From Actinomycetes bacterium (lineage in GTDB: Bacteria > Actinomycetota > Thermoleophilia > BMS3ABIN01), in NCBI GenBank assembly GCA_021791195.1, contig JAJYXB010000008.1, forward strand, positions 10,921-74,920: a stretch of DNA of 64,000 bases, given 5' to 3'. The translations under genes were made by a program, and so were the position numbers. The notes under the pieces were generated by a model. It was not told where the DNA came from. It saw only the letters and a program-made list of their open reading frames with translations, and made no database searches. Shown here in pieces: positions 36,427-46,201 of this stretch. How positions within the stretch are numbered: position 1 is the stretch's first letter; every line of letters begins with the position of its first letter.

Positions 36427-36970
36427 TCTGCTGAGCCTTCCTTAACAAACCATCCACTTCGAGCCGTTTGGCCCATTCATGGAGGTAATCGTAGTCGAGC
36501 TTTTCGTGGGCTTTCAGAATCTGCTCGACATACCTCATCTGAAATTCCGGTTCGGAGTCCTTTGCCCAAACAAGCTTGGACAGAATAAGGTCTTCCGCCG
36601 CGACGACCGTAACCGGGACATCGCCCATCTCGATTCGCTGTCTGCGCGAGAACTCCCTCAGCCGGTAATCCTCGTCCTTTCTCACGATGAAATCGAATTT
36701 GACCGCCGATTCGGTGTGAATGATGTTGAACATGTCATGTCGCGCAATCGCTTCCCGCACGGCATGTTCATCGATGTAGAAGTCTTCCTTAAAAATTCTT
36801 ACGAGTTTGTCAACTAGTTCGGAAGAAATGTGAAGCACCATGTCGATGTCCCTCGTCATCCTGGGGGCCGAGTAAAGTGACATTGCAATGGAGCCGGTGA
36901 GCATATAATCGATGCCCGCTTCGTCGAGTCTGGACGTTACAACTTTTAGCAGATCGAACTCGGTGGTCAT
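36419..36970 (-). CDS. Nucleotidyltransferase-fold protein (minimal NTase/Lnu-like: GS...DIDMV)
   Basis: DYMLTGSIAMSLYSAPRMTRDIDMVL matches the Pol-beta superfamily hG[GS]...DxD signature. 183 aa. Its start overlaps the stop of the truncated HEPN ORF. Confidence 0.5.
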   Translation of the reverse strand: MTTEFDLLKVVTSRLDEAGIDYMLTGSIAMSLYSAPRMTRDIDMVLHISSELVDKLVRIFKEDFYIDEHAVREAIARHDMFNIIHTESAVKFDFIVRKDEDYRLREFSRRQRIEMGDVPVTVVAAEDLILSKLVWAKDSEPEFQMRYVEQILKAHEKLDYDYLHEWAKRLEVDGLLRKAQQNA

Positions 36971-37182
36971 GGCTTAATGCTTGGTCGGATCAGTCCCGCT
37001 GCCTGAGCTCCTCCAGAAACCTTGCTTGCGGCCTCACCGATAATCTCAATGGATTTAATGAGCGAAAGTGTCAACTTTCGGTCCGCGTCGAGATCGCTTC
37101 TTGTCTTGCCAGATATAAATGAAACAGCCTCGCGGGCTGAATCGAGCATGTGGCGAAGGCGAATGATATCGTCAGGCAGCAT
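36967..37182 (-). pseudogene. Truncated HepT-like HEPN (DUF86) toxin gene lacking the C-terminal Rx4-6H motif
   Basis: IIRLRHMLDSAREAVSF...LSLIKSIEIIGEAASKV matches the N-terminal two-thirds of DUF86. The ORF ends exactly where the 183-aa gene starts. Confidence 0.5.
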
Positions 37183-37480
37183 ACTGAACTTCAGCCTCAG
37201 CGATGACGTCATCGCGAAAATAACGACTCAGATCCTCGGGTGTGCGCAGATCCGCTTTTCTGCCCAGCATTTCGGAAAGCTCCCGCTCCATGCGGGCGAG
37301 ACGGATAAAACCCGGAACATGACCTGGCTCGAACTCGACCAGCACATCGATATCGCTGTCGGGCCGGAAGTCGCTTCGCAAAACAGATCCAAAGAAGGCG
37401 AACTTGCGGATATGATTGCTGCGGCAAAAGTCGGCAATCTTTGACTTGGGAATTTCGATCTTTGGCTTCATCGATGTCAT
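37172..37480 (-). CDS. MntA-like minimal nucleotidyltransferase (antitoxin-type)
   Basis: [24 protein letters not shown] is the classic MNT motif. The ORF is open to 37696 with a GC-rich 72-aa N-terminal extension of unclear status. Confidence 0.6.
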   Translation of the reverse strand: MTSMKPKIEIPKSKIADFCRSNHIRKFAFFGSVLRSDFRPDSDIDVLVEFEPGHVPGFIRLARMERELSEMLGRKADLRTPEDLSRYFRDDVIAEAEVQYAA

Positions 37481-37734
37481 TTCATTATCAGCACAAAAGC
37501 GGTGGCCACATTGATGGGTCTCGTTGTAAGCGGGGCTCTTGTAGGCGGCTTCGTTGTTGCGGAAGTTTTCCACCAGCTCGGCGATGCGGGCGCGGGTTTC
37601 GGCGGGCACTGCCAGACGCGGCGTTTCCTCGGGCGCATTTGGCGCGGCTTGCCGCGCTCCCGTAGACGCATCCATAGCTTGGCCGTCAGTTGACATGAAG
37701 CAATTATATCACCAGGCGCGGACGGGCTCGGGAA

Positions 37735-38355
37735 TTATTGCTTCCTTTTTGCCGGCGCCTGCTTCTCGGGAGCGCGCTTCTTCTTTGCCGGCGCCTCGGG
37801 ATTCCAGTGAAATCCGATCTGATTCTTCTTCGGCTTCGGGGGTTCCATCAGTTGGCGGATGGCTTCGAAGACGACGCGGAATTGGGCATCGTATTTCTTC
37901 TCCAGCGAGTCGAGTTTGCGGGCCAGATCTGCGTGCGAGTAGGAAATCCTTTTCAGGCTGACAAATGCTCTCATGATTTCGATATTGACGCTAATTGCCC
38001 GCTTGCTCCTGAGAACACTCGAAAGCATCGCAACACCTTGTTCGGTGAAAGCGTAAGGCAGATACTTAGCATGCCGGCCGCGCTGGGAATCACCCGGTAA
38101 ACCCGTGGCGGTGGATGAGAGGTTTTCTGACGCAAAGAAGCTTTTGGCCTTTAATGCCGTTAATTCCGCCTTTAATAGCTGGAACATGAAATCATCCGGA
38201 AACCTCTCAATGTTCCGTTTGACAGCCTGGATCAATACCCGATGTTCGACTTCATAGAGCCGGGCCAGGTCATCGCTCAACATTACCTTGTTTCCACGTA
38301 GAACAACGATCTTTTTTTCAACGACTTCTTCCGAAACAATTGCAATTTCTTTCAC
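37735..38355 (-). CDS. ORF6N (KilA-N-like) domain DNA-binding protein
   Basis: [42 protein letters not shown]...[15 protein letters not shown] matches the ORF6N domain. GTG start with GGGAGG Shine-Dalgarno. Lys-rich tail. Confidence 0.75.
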   Translation of the reverse strand: MKEIAIVSEEVVEKKIVVLRGNKVMLSDDLARLYEVEHRVLIQAVKRNIERFPDDFMFQLLKAELTALKAKSFFASENLSSTATGLPGDSQRGRHAKYLPYAFTEQGVAMLSSVLRSKRAISVNIEIMRAFVSLKRISYSHADLARKLDSLEKKYDAQFRVVFEAIRQLMEPPKPKKNQIGFHWNPEAPAKKKRAPEKQAPAKRKQ

Positions 38356-38385
38356 CGCGTCCTCCCTTTTGATGATTCTCTAAGA

Positions 38386-38398
38386 TCACAAATTGTGA
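38386..38398. promoter_or_regulatory. Palindromic operator-like site TCACAA-A-TTGTGA upstream of the ORF6N gene
   Basis: Perfect 6-bp half-sites located 31-43 nt upstream of the GTG start, in an AT-rich spacer. Confidence 0.4.
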
Positions 38399-38564
38399 CC
38401 TTAAAAAAGCCTTTTCCAGATAAAGGAGATCATATCTGCTGGGCCGGACGGATGTTGTCAGAGGCGGCGACGGGAAGGTTCTTTGCTTCACTCGGGATGG
38501 CACAGGGCAAGGAGGGGTCTACCGGGTAGATATCCGGTCTAAATATACGGCCTTGAATTATTGC

Positions 38565-38996
38565 CTACCCCGGCATCAGCGCCGCGATGCCCTTTGGCAG
38601 CGCCGCCCTGATCTTCTCCACCTCGCCGTGGTCGAGATGCAGCGTGATCGTTTCCAGCACGGTGCTGGTCATGCGCCTGACGTCGAGCCCCTCATCACGG
38701 TCATAGATGAAGCGCCGTGCGATCTCATCGAGGAACTCCTGCCGGTTCATCTTGACCGGCACACGGGCGGGCGCCCAGCCCTCGTAATAGATGCCCCGCA
38801 CCAGCTCGGGCAGCTGGGCGCCGAGGCTGGCGGCGGCGTTGACAGGCAGCCGGTCCCTGAGTGTGTGCAGCACCACCCTCATGGCCAGCAGCGCCTCGTC
38901 CGGCCGGCCCTGCCAGCCCATCTCCCGCTCGATCTCCGAGAGGATGCGGTTGGTCTTTTCGACTGTGGTGCTGATCGCGGCAACGTTCTCAGCCAT
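38565..38996 (-). CDS. DUF2267 domain protein
   Basis: 143-aa product with the DUF2267-like pattern (LPELVRGIYYEGWAP). Confidence 0.7.
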   Translation of the reverse strand: MAENVAAISTTVEKTNRILSEIEREMGWQGRPDEALLAMRVVLHTLRDRLPVNAAASLGAQLPELVRGIYYEGWAPARVPVKMNRQEFLDEIARRFIYDRDEGLDVRRMTSTVLETITLHLDHGEVEKIRAALPKGIAALMPG

Positions 38997-39125
38997 GATG
39001 GCCTCCCCGGTAGCTGTGGATAATCCCTTAAGTGGATTATGGCCGGCAGGCGTCTGGCCAAACCTGGGAGTCGGGAAGGAAGCGGGAGGTCGGTTCAGGC
39101 TGGCGGGTGGCAGGCCAACCCGTGC

Positions 39126-39734
39126 TCAGGCGCGGGCAGTCGCGGCGGAGACGGTTTCCAAAAACAGCCGGTGCAGCCTCAGATCTTGGGTCAGCTCGGG
39201 ATGGAAGGCGGTCACAAGCATGCTGTCCTGACGGGCGGCCACAGGGTGGCCTTCATGCCCGGCGAGGATTTCCACCTCCGGACCGGCCGACTCGATCCAG
39301 GGCGCGCGGATGAATATCCCATGAAAAGGTTCTTTGCCAAATACTGGCAGTTCGAGCTCGGCCTCGAAGCTTTTCACCTGGCGGCCAAAAGCGTTGCGGC
39401 GCACCCTGATATCCATCAGCCCCAGCAGCGGCTGGTCGCCCTCAACCACCTCGCGCGCCAGCATCACTAGGCCGGCGCAGGTGCCGAAGACAGGCAGTCC
39501 GGCCGCGACCAGTCCGCGCACCGGCTCGAGCAGATGGTAGCTGACCATCAGCTTGCCGATGGTCGTGCTCTCGCCGCCCGGGATCACCAGGCCGGCAAGC
39601 CCTTCCAGCTCGCGGCGGCGGCGGACCTCGCGGGCGGCGGCGCCGGCTTTTTCCAGCGCCCGGCAGTGCTCGCGGGAGGCGCCCTGCAGGGCAAGGACGC
39701 CGACAAGCGGGGATTTATTTGCAGATCGAGTCAC
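39126..39734 (-). CDS. pdxT: Pyridoxal 5'-phosphate synthase glutaminase subunit
   Basis: Class-I glutamine amidotransferase triad (GTCAG...H..E) with PdxT-wide similarity. Confidence 0.9.
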   Translation of the reverse strand: MTRSANKSPLVGVLALQGASREHCRALEKAGAAAREVRRRRELEGLAGLVIPGGESTTIGKLMVSYHLLEPVRGLVAAGLPVFGTCAGLVMLAREVVEGDQPLLGLMDIRVRRNAFGRQVKSFEAELELPVFGKEPFHGIFIRAPWIESAGPEVEILAGHEGHPVAARQDSMLVTAFHPELTQDLRLHRLFLETVSAATARA

Positions 39735-39800
39735 GGAAAGACAGGTGCGGCCGGTTGCGGCCCGGCACGTCCACGCTGCCGGGCTTTCGGGAATGCGCCC

Positions 39801-40682
39801 TTACCAGCCGCGATGCTGGATCAGGTTCTCCTCGCCCAGCTCCTTGATGTCGAGGCCGGGCATGGCATCTTTCAGCCCCGCTGACACCCTGGCAAGGATC
39901 TGCGGATCGTTAAAATGCGTGGTCGCCTCAACGATCGCCTTGCCGCGCGCCGCCGGGTCCTCGCTCTTGAAAATGCCGGAGCCGACAAAGACGCCTTCGG
40001 CGCCCAGCTGCATCATCATCGCCGCGTCGGCCGGGGTCGCCAGCCCGCCGGCGGAGAAGTTCACCACCGGCAACCGGCCGTTCTCGGCCACCCACTTGAC
40101 CAGTTCGTAGGGCGACTGCAGCTCCTTCGCCGCCTTGAACAGTTCATCCCTGTCCATGTTCGCCAGCTGCCTGATTTCGCCGGAGATGGTACGCATGTGC
40201 CGCACGGCCTCGACGACGTTGCCGGTGCCGGCCTCGCCCTTGGTGCGGATCATCGCCGCCCCCTCGGAGATGCGCCGGAGCGCCTCGCCCAGGTTGATGG
40301 CGCCGCAGACAAACGGCACCTTGAACTGCCACTTGTTGATGTGGTTGGCCTCGTCGGCGGGCGTAAGCACCTCCGACTCGTCGATGTAATCGACCTCCAG
40401 CGCCTCCAGGATCTGCGCCTCGACGAAATGGCCGATGCGCGCTTTCGCCATCACCGGGATGGACACCGTCTGCTGGATCTCCCTGATCTTGTCCGGATCG
40501 GACATGCGGGCCACGCCGCCATCGGCGCGGATGTCGGAAGGGACCCGCTCCAGCGCCATCACCGCGCAGGCGCCCGCCTCCTCGGCGATCTTTGCCTGCT
40601 CGGCGTTGGTCACATCCATGATCACGCCGCCCTTGAGCATCTCCGCCAGGCCGGTTTTGACTGTCATAGTACCGATTTTCAT
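39801..40682 (-). CDS. pdxS: Pyridoxal 5'-phosphate synthase lyase subunit
   Basis: [10 protein letters not shown]...[15 protein letters not shown] is highly conserved PdxS sequence. Confidence 0.95.
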   Translation of the reverse strand: MKIGTMTVKTGLAEMLKGGVIMDVTNAEQAKIAEEAGACAVMALERVPSDIRADGGVARMSDPDKIREIQQTVSIPVMAKARIGHFVEAQILEALEVDYIDESEVLTPADEANHINKWQFKVPFVCGAINLGEALRRISEGAAMIRTKGEAGTGNVVEAVRHMRTISGEIRQLANMDRDELFKAAKELQSPYELVKWVAENGRLPVVNFSAGGLATPADAAMMMQLGAEGVFVGSGIFKSEDPAARGKAIVEATTHFNDPQILARVSAGLKDAMPGLDIKELGEENLIQHRGW

Positions 40683-40939
40683 GCCGCCTTGATACCTCCT
40701 CGAATGTAGACAAATATCTTATATAAGAGCGCCGGGGCTTACAAATTCCGTGGACGCGGCGAGGGGCGCGGCGCCCGCTGAAACCCGCCCGGATCCCCCC
40801 GGCGCGCGGTTGACGCGGCCAGGCGCAGGGTATAGCATCCGGCTAACCTGGAAAGGCTCCAAACCGCCCGTATCAAGCGGCGGGCGCGCTTTTGGGTTAT
40901 ATTCTGTGAACACACAATCCGGCTCACCTTAACGGAGGT

Positions 40940-42100
40940 TTGATGGAAGTAGAAATCGGACGCGGCAAGAAGGGGCGGCGCGCCTACGGTCTGGACGATA
41001 TCGCCATCGTCCCCAGCCGCAGGACGCGTGACGTCGAGGACATCGACATCAGCTGGCAGATCGGCCCTCACAGACTGGACATCCCCTGCCTGGCGTCGGC
41101 GATGGACGGCGTCGTGGACCCGAAGTTCGCCGTGGCCATGGGCAAGATCGGCGGTCTGGCGGTGCTTAACCTCGAAGGCATTCAGACCCGTTTCGAGGAC
41201 GCCGAGGACCAGCTGAAGAAGATCGCCGCGCTGCCGGCCGACCAGGCGACCCAGGGCCTCCAGGAGATTTATCAGGAACCGGTGAAGGAAGAGCTGATTA
41301 CGCAGAGGATCAAGGAGATCAAGCAGGGCGGCGTCCTGGCGGCAGCTTCACTCACGCCCCAGAAAGTCACCCAGTACTACGAACGCGCGCTCGAGGCCGG
41401 CCTCGATGTCCTCATCATCCAGGGCACAGTCGTCAGCGCCGAGCACGTCAGCTCGGTGGTCGAGCCGCTCAACCTGAAGAAGTTCATCGCCGAGATGCCC
41501 GTCCCGGTCATCGTCGGCGGCTGCGCCTCCTATACCACGGCGCTGCATCTGATGCGCACCGGCGCGGTGGGCGTGCTGGTCGGTGTCGGTCCCGGCGCCG
41601 CCTGCACCACGCGCGGCGTGCTCGGCATCGGCGTCCCCCAGGCGACCGCGGTGGCCGACGCCTCCGCCGCCCGGGTCCAGCACCTGCTGGAGACCGGCGA
41701 CTATGTCAACGTCATCGCTGACGGCGGCATGCGCACCGGCGGCGACATCGCCAAGGCGATCGCCTGCGGCGCCGACGGCGTCATGATCGGTTCGCCGCTC
41801 TCGCGCGCCTTCGAAGCGCCCGGGCACGGCTATCACTGGGGCATGGCGACCTTCCATCCGCAGCTGCCGCGCGGCACGCGGGTGAAGACCAACCAGGTGG
41901 CCAGCCTCGAAGAGATCCTCGTCGGGCCCGCGCGCGAGAACGACGGCACGCTGAACCTGTTCGGCGCCCTGAAGACCTCGCTGGCGACCTGCGGTTACGA
42001 GAACATCCATGCCTTCCAGAAAGCCGAAGTGATGGTGGCCCCCTCGCTGCAGACCGAAGGCAAGAAGCTGCAGCGCGAGCAAGACGTAGGGATGGGATAG
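40940..42100 (+). CDS. IMP dehydrogenase-family protein lacking CBS domains (GuaB3-like)
   Basis: IMPDH/GMPR TIM-barrel motifs (GGMRTGGDIAKA, GADGVMIGS) in a 386-aa protein with no CBS pair. Confidence 0.8.
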   Translation: MMEVEIGRGKKGRRAYGLDDIAIVPSRRTRDVEDIDISWQIGPHRLDIPCLASAMDGVVDPKFAVAMGKIGGLAVLNLEGIQTRFEDAEDQLKKIAALPADQATQGLQEIYQEPVKEELITQRIKEIKQGGVLAAASLTPQKVTQYYERALEAGLDVLIIQGTVVSAEHVSSVVEPLNLKKFIAEMPVPVIVGGCASYTTALHLMRTGAVGVLVGVGPGAACTTRGVLGIGVPQATAVADASAARVQHLLETGDYVNVIADGGMRTGGDIAKAIACGADGVMIGSPLSRAFEAPGHGYHWGMATFHPQLPRGTRVKTNQVASLEEILVGPARENDGTLNLFGALKTSLATCGYENIHAFQKAEVMVAPSLQTEGKKLQREQDVGMG

Positions 42101-42166
42101 GACAGTACCGCCAGGTTTGGGGGAACTTGAAACCTGCAACTGGAAACCGGAAGCTCATTCTTCCCC

Positions 42167-43039
42167 ATGGCCGCGCGTAAGCGGCGCAAGCCCGATGGGC
42201 ACCTTGCCCGGGACCTGCAGGAAAATTTCGAGTCTTTCTCCAAATCCCGCAAATCGATTGCCCGCTACCTGATCGACCACCTCGCCGAGGCGCCGGTTCT
42301 CTCGGCGCAGGAGCTGGCCCGGCGCACCAGCACTACCAGTTCCACCGTGGTCCGGTTCGCCCAGCACCTGGGCTTTTCCGGCTTCACCGAGATGATGAAG
42401 GCCGCCTGGGACGAGCACCGTCTCACCGCGGGCAAGAGCAGCGCCGGCATCGAAGGCCAGCTGCGCTTCCCCGTGGACGACGACTTCTCCGGCCGGGCGG
42501 TGCGCACCGACATGCTCATCCTCGAGGAAACAATCAAACGCAACCGCGCCGACGATTTCCTCGATATCGTCGAGCTGCTGGAAAAGGCGGAGGCTGTTTA
42601 CGCCGCGGGCCTGTACGAAGCAGCGATGGTAGTTGACTACCTGGGTTATTATCTGACGGTGATGGGCGTCCCGGTGGTGGCGATCACCAGCAGCTCCGAA
42701 GAATCTGTCGCCCGCCTGGCGGAGCTGGATGACAAGGCGGTCCTGGTGGCGATCGGCTTCGGCACCGCGCACCAGTTCTTGCTGAGGGTGATCCGGGCGG
42801 CGCGCGGCATGGGCGCCGAAACCGTGGGCATCAGCGAGAACCAGATCTCAGAAGTGGCCAAACTGACGGACCGGAACCTGTTCTGCTACCGCGACTCGAC
42901 TTCATTCGCGCCCTCGCTCGTCGGCGCTTTCAGCATCGCCAACGCCATCATCTCGGCGCTGTACGCCCGCAACCGCCGCGCCTATGACGCCCACATCTCC
43001 CGCCTGAGGAACCTGCCGCTCACATCCGACTGGCTGTAA
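42167..43039 (+). CDS. MurR/RpiR-family transcriptional regulator (HTH_6 + SIS)
   Basis: N-terminal HTH (SAQELARRTSTTSSTVVRFAQHLGFSGF) and a C-terminal SIS domain. Confidence 0.85.
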   Translation: MAARKRRKPDGHLARDLQENFESFSKSRKSIARYLIDHLAEAPVLSAQELARRTSTTSSTVVRFAQHLGFSGFTEMMKAAWDEHRLTAGKSSAGIEGQLRFPVDDDFSGRAVRTDMLILEETIKRNRADDFLDIVELLEKAEAVYAAGLYEAAMVVDYLGYYLTVMGVPVVAITSSSEESVARLAELDDKAVLVAIGFGTAHQFLLRVIRAARGMGAETVGISENQISEVAKLTDRNLFCYRDSTSFAPSLVGAFSIANAIISALYARNRRAYDAHISRLRNLPLTSDWL

Positions 43040-43126
43040 ACGCGGGGCCGGCCGCTGCGGCGCCGGCTTCCCGCCAGGCTGCCGCCTCGCCGGCGGCAGG
43101 GATTGCGCTCTGGTCATTTTTTGATA

Positions 43127-43882
43127 TTATCCCGCCAGCTCGCGCAGATCGCGCATGCGCTGCCCGTCGCTGGGACTGCTCGCCCCGGGAGTCTCCATGA
43201 TCAGCGGCACTTCCCGCAGCCGTGGGTGGCGCGCCAGGGCGGTGAGCGCAGCCGGTGAAATCTGGCCGCAGCCGAGATGCTCGTGCCTGTCGCGCCGCGA
43301 GCCGCGCTCCAGCGGCGAGTCGTTGAGGTGGATAAGTCTCAGCCGCCCGATGCCCACAATCCGGTCAAAATCGTCAACCAGGCGGCGCGCCGCCGCTGCC
43401 GAGGTCAGGTCGTAGCCGGCGCCCCACAGGTGCGCCGTATCCAGACAGACGCCCAGCGGCGCGGCGATCCCGCGCGCGGCGGCCGCGTCCAGCACCTGCC
43501 CCAGTTCCTCGAAGCGCGAGCAGGCCGTGTCGCCCGAACCGGCGCCGTTCTCCAGCAGCAGCACCACGCCACCGGCATCCATGCTGCCGATACCGTCCAG
43601 CAGCGCCGCCTGCGACTCGCCGGCGCTGACGCCGCGGCGGCTGCCGGGATGGAAGACGACCTGCTCGCAGCCCAGCGCCCGCGCGCGGCCGATGTTGGCC
43701 TGCAGCAGCTTCACGGATCTGGCATGGATGAGGGTGTTGGGTCCGCTGCGGCAGGAAAGATTGATCAGGTAGCCGGCATGCAGGAAAACAGGCAGGTCAT
43801 GCTCGCGCGTATAGGCCGCGAACTCCGCCGCCTTCACGGGATCGAGACGCCCCGGATTCCAGGCGGAAGGGTTGCCGGACAT
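43127..43882 (-). CDS. nfo: Endonuclease IV (AP endonuclease family 2)
   Basis: HAGYLINL, HPGS, LLENGAG, CLDTAHLWGAGYD and IHLNDS metal-site motifs. Nfo-like N-terminal sequence continues in-frame upstream to about 43980 without a canonical start. Confidence 0.85.
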   Translation of the reverse strand: MSGNPSAWNPGRLDPVKAAEFAAYTREHDLPVFLHAGYLINLSCRSGPNTLIHARSVKLLQANIGRARALGCEQVVFHPGSRRGVSAGESQAALLDGIGSMDAGGVVLLLENGAGSGDTACSRFEELGQVLDAAAARGIAAPLGVCLDTAHLWGAGYDLTSAAAARRLVDDFDRIVGIGRLRLIHLNDSPLERGSRRDRHEHLGCGQISPAALTALARHPRLREVPLIMETPGASSPSDGQRMRDLRELAG

Positions 43883-43985
43883 GATCTGGAATGTGGTGCA
43901 GCCGATTTCGCGCGCATGCCGCGCCGCAGCCAGGAGGCCACCGCCGGTGCGAAGGTGGATGCCTAGACGCCGGTCGATATGCGGT

Positions 43986-44855
43986 TTAGCCCAGCCACGT
44001 CAGGTGAGGCAGCGGCCAGTAGATCACGTCGGCGCGGCCGATGACGTTGTCGATGGGGACAAAGCCCCAGCGATGGCTGTCATAGCTGTCATCGCGGTTG
44101 TCGCCCAGCACGAACAGCTGGCCAGGCGGCACAGTTTCCTGAGCCATCAGGTAGTCGGTCGGCTTCGCGGTCGGCACCACGTACGGCTTGCCGTTCACCA
44201 GCACCTGGCCACTCTCGACCGCGACCGTGTCGCCGGGCAGGCCAATGACGCGCTTGACAAAGGGCGTATTCGAATCAACGCTTGCGGGCGGATTGAACAC
44301 GATCACATCCCCACGCTGGATCGACCTGAAACGATAGACGATCCGGTCCGCCAGGATGCGGTCGTTCTCATTGATGGTGGGTATCATTGAGCCCGTGGGG
44401 ATCTGGTAAGGCTTGGCGATCGTCGCCTGAAAGGCCATCGCCACGCCGAAGGCAACCGCCAGCGGGATGACGATGTCCCTGAGCATCCAGCGAAAAATAC
44501 TGCGCTTCTTCCTGGCAGGCACCTCGCGGGACGGTTCCCCAGCCGCCGCCGGCAACTGCTCGCTCAGCAAGGCCGGCTCGCCGCTGCTATCCCCGTTCCG
44601 GCGACCGGGATCCGGCTCGGAAGCCGGCGCGCCACTTTCGCGGCCCGCTTCCGGCTTTTCGTCCCACGTCCATTCTTCGGGCGGAGGAGTTATCCATCCA
44701 CTATCAACGCCGCCAGGGGAGGTGCCGTAACCGTTCCGATCTGCTTCCTGATTGTGTTGATTTTCGGGGGAAGAGTTTCCCGCGCCAGATTCTTCCATAT
44801 TGAAATTCCGTTTCCGGAGCCAGCCCGGCAGGGCTGTGCGCCTGCTTCGTTTCAT
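43986..44855 (-). CDS. lepB: Signal peptidase I with a long disordered N-terminal extension
   Basis: Catalytic Ser box (IPTGSMIPT), Lys box (VKRVIGLPGD) and GDNRDDSYDSR. The true start may be internal. Confidence 0.85.
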   Translation of the reverse strand: MKRSRRTALPGWLRKRNFNMEESGAGNSSPENQHNQEADRNGYGTSPGGVDSGWITPPPEEWTWDEKPEAGRESGAPASEPDPGRRNGDSSGEPALLSEQLPAAAGEPSREVPARKKRSIFRWMLRDIVIPLAVAFGVAMAFQATIAKPYQIPTGSMIPTINENDRILADRIVYRFRSIQRGDVIVFNPPASVDSNTPFVKRVIGLPGDTVAVESGQVLVNGKPYVVPTAKPTDYLMAQETVPPGQLFVLGDNRDDSYDSHRWGFVPIDNVIGRADVIYWPLPHLTWLG

Positions 44856-44977
44856 CTTAACGGTTTTAAATCAGATTCGCCAAGCGACGGCAGACCGCGC
44901 CACCACCGTCCCGCCAGCGCCGGACGCGTCCGCTCGATCTCGCGCTCATTCCAGAAAACAGTCGTCTGGCCGCCAGC

Positions 44978-46201
44978 TCAGATGGCCATCAGCCGGACGA
45001 ACTCTTCCTGGAAAAACCGGTTCAGCGGCAGCGCCACATGCCGCGTCCGGCCGCGGATCTCCTCCAGCGCGGCGTGGCTCCGGGAGCCCAGCATCATCAC
45101 CGCTCCCTGGCAGGCAGCGTCGCCCACCACCTCGACACGGTCATCCGGAAGATCGGGGAACATGTTCAGCTGGCGGGCGTTTTCCAGGTTGATATAGCTT
45201 CCGAATGTGCCTGTAATCAGCATCCGCGACAGCGCCTCGGTGCCGAGTTTCTGCCTCAGCACCGAGATGGCCGCGTGCACCGATGCCTTCACCAGCTGGA
45301 AAGAGCGGATGTCGTGCTGGCTGATCGTGATCGGCTGATCGCCGCCGGCGATCACCACCGGCCCCTCCTCGAGCAGCCGGCCGCTGGCGTCCACCCGCCC
45401 GTGTCTTCTGAGTTCAGCGATGATGTCAATCAGTCCCGAACCGCAGATGCCACGCGGTTCTCCGCCGCCGACGACCTCGAAATCAAAACCGCTGCCCGCA
45501 AGCCTGGCCTTGTAGATCGCACCGGCGCTGGCCGACTGGCCGAATGACATGTGTGAATCCTCGTACGCGGGCCCCGCCGGACTGGAGGCGACCAGGACCC
45601 GCTCGCGGTTGCCCAGCGCCATCTCGCAGTTGGTGCCCACGTCCACGATCAGCTCCGGCGCCTCGCTGCCGGACATGCCGATCAGCAGGATATCAGCCAG
45701 CGCATCCGATCCCACAAAACCAAATATCGGCCTGGGCACAAACAGATTGACATCGGGCAGCGCCGCGTCCAGATCGTTCGCGGAACCGAAAAAATCACGC
45801 GCCCCCTTGAGATTGTAGGGCGTGCCGCACAGCGGCTCCGGATCGAGATCCAGCAGGAAAGCATACATGGCCGAGTTGCCGACGCAGGCCACCTCCGCGA
45901 TGTCAGCGTCAGTGATGCCCGCGTCGCGGCACAGCCGCCCGATCGAATCGCCGACGGCGCCGACCGCCTGCTGGTGCAGCGCGGCCCTGATTTCGGCGCT
46001 GCCGGCTGCCAGTCCCAGGCGACTGGCGATGTCAGCCCCGTGCTGCCGTTGCGGATTCGGAAACACCAGGGTATCGACCACCCGCGCATCGTCAAGATCG
46101 ACCAGGCGTGACCAGACGCTGGATGTGCCCAGGTCGATGGCAATCCCGTACCGCGCGCCCACTTCGGGCCTGCCGGCACCGGCTCTGCGTGTGCTATCCA
46201 C
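44978..46201 (-). CDS. ASKHA-fold ATPase-like protein (DUF4445/RACo C-terminal-domain-like) without an Fe-S domain
   Basis: N-terminal YGIAIDLGTSSV phosphate-1 motif in a 407-aa protein. The family assignment is tentative. Confidence 0.55.
   Translation of the reverse strand: MDSTRRAGAGRPEVGARYGIAIDLGTSSVWSRLVDLDDARVVDTLVFPNPQRQHGADIASRLGLAAGSAEIRAALHQQAVGAVGDSIGRLCRDAGITDADIAEVACVGNSAMYAFLLDLDPEPLCGTPYNLKGARDFFGSANDLDAALPDVNLFVPRPIFGFVGSDALADILLIGMSGSEAPELIVDVGTNCEMALGNRERVLVASSPAGPAYEDSHMSFGQSASAGAIYKARLAGSGFDFEVVGGGEPRGICGSGLIDIIAELRRHGRVDASGRLLEEGPVVIAGGDQPITISQHDIRSFQLVKASVHAAISVLRQKLGTEALSRMLITGTFGSYINLENARQLNMFPDLPDDRVEVVGDAACQGAVMMLGSRSHAALEEIRGRTRHVALPLNRFFQEEFVRLMAI

Noticed and set aside
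36967-37212. Treating the 81-aa HEPN ORF as an intact small toxin
   Set aside because: DUF86/HepT proteins carry the catalytic Rx4-6H motif near the C-terminus. This ORF stops before that region, exactly at the start of the next gene, so truncation is the simpler explanation.
28923-42139. Further shadow ORFs (28923-30080 -, 34928-35878 +, 39915-40709 +, 41348-42139 -, 58285-59055 +, 62182-63609 +)
   Set aside because: Antisense to DUF3048, yebC, pdxS, guaB3-like, proA and atpD respectively. The composition is R/G/A-rich.
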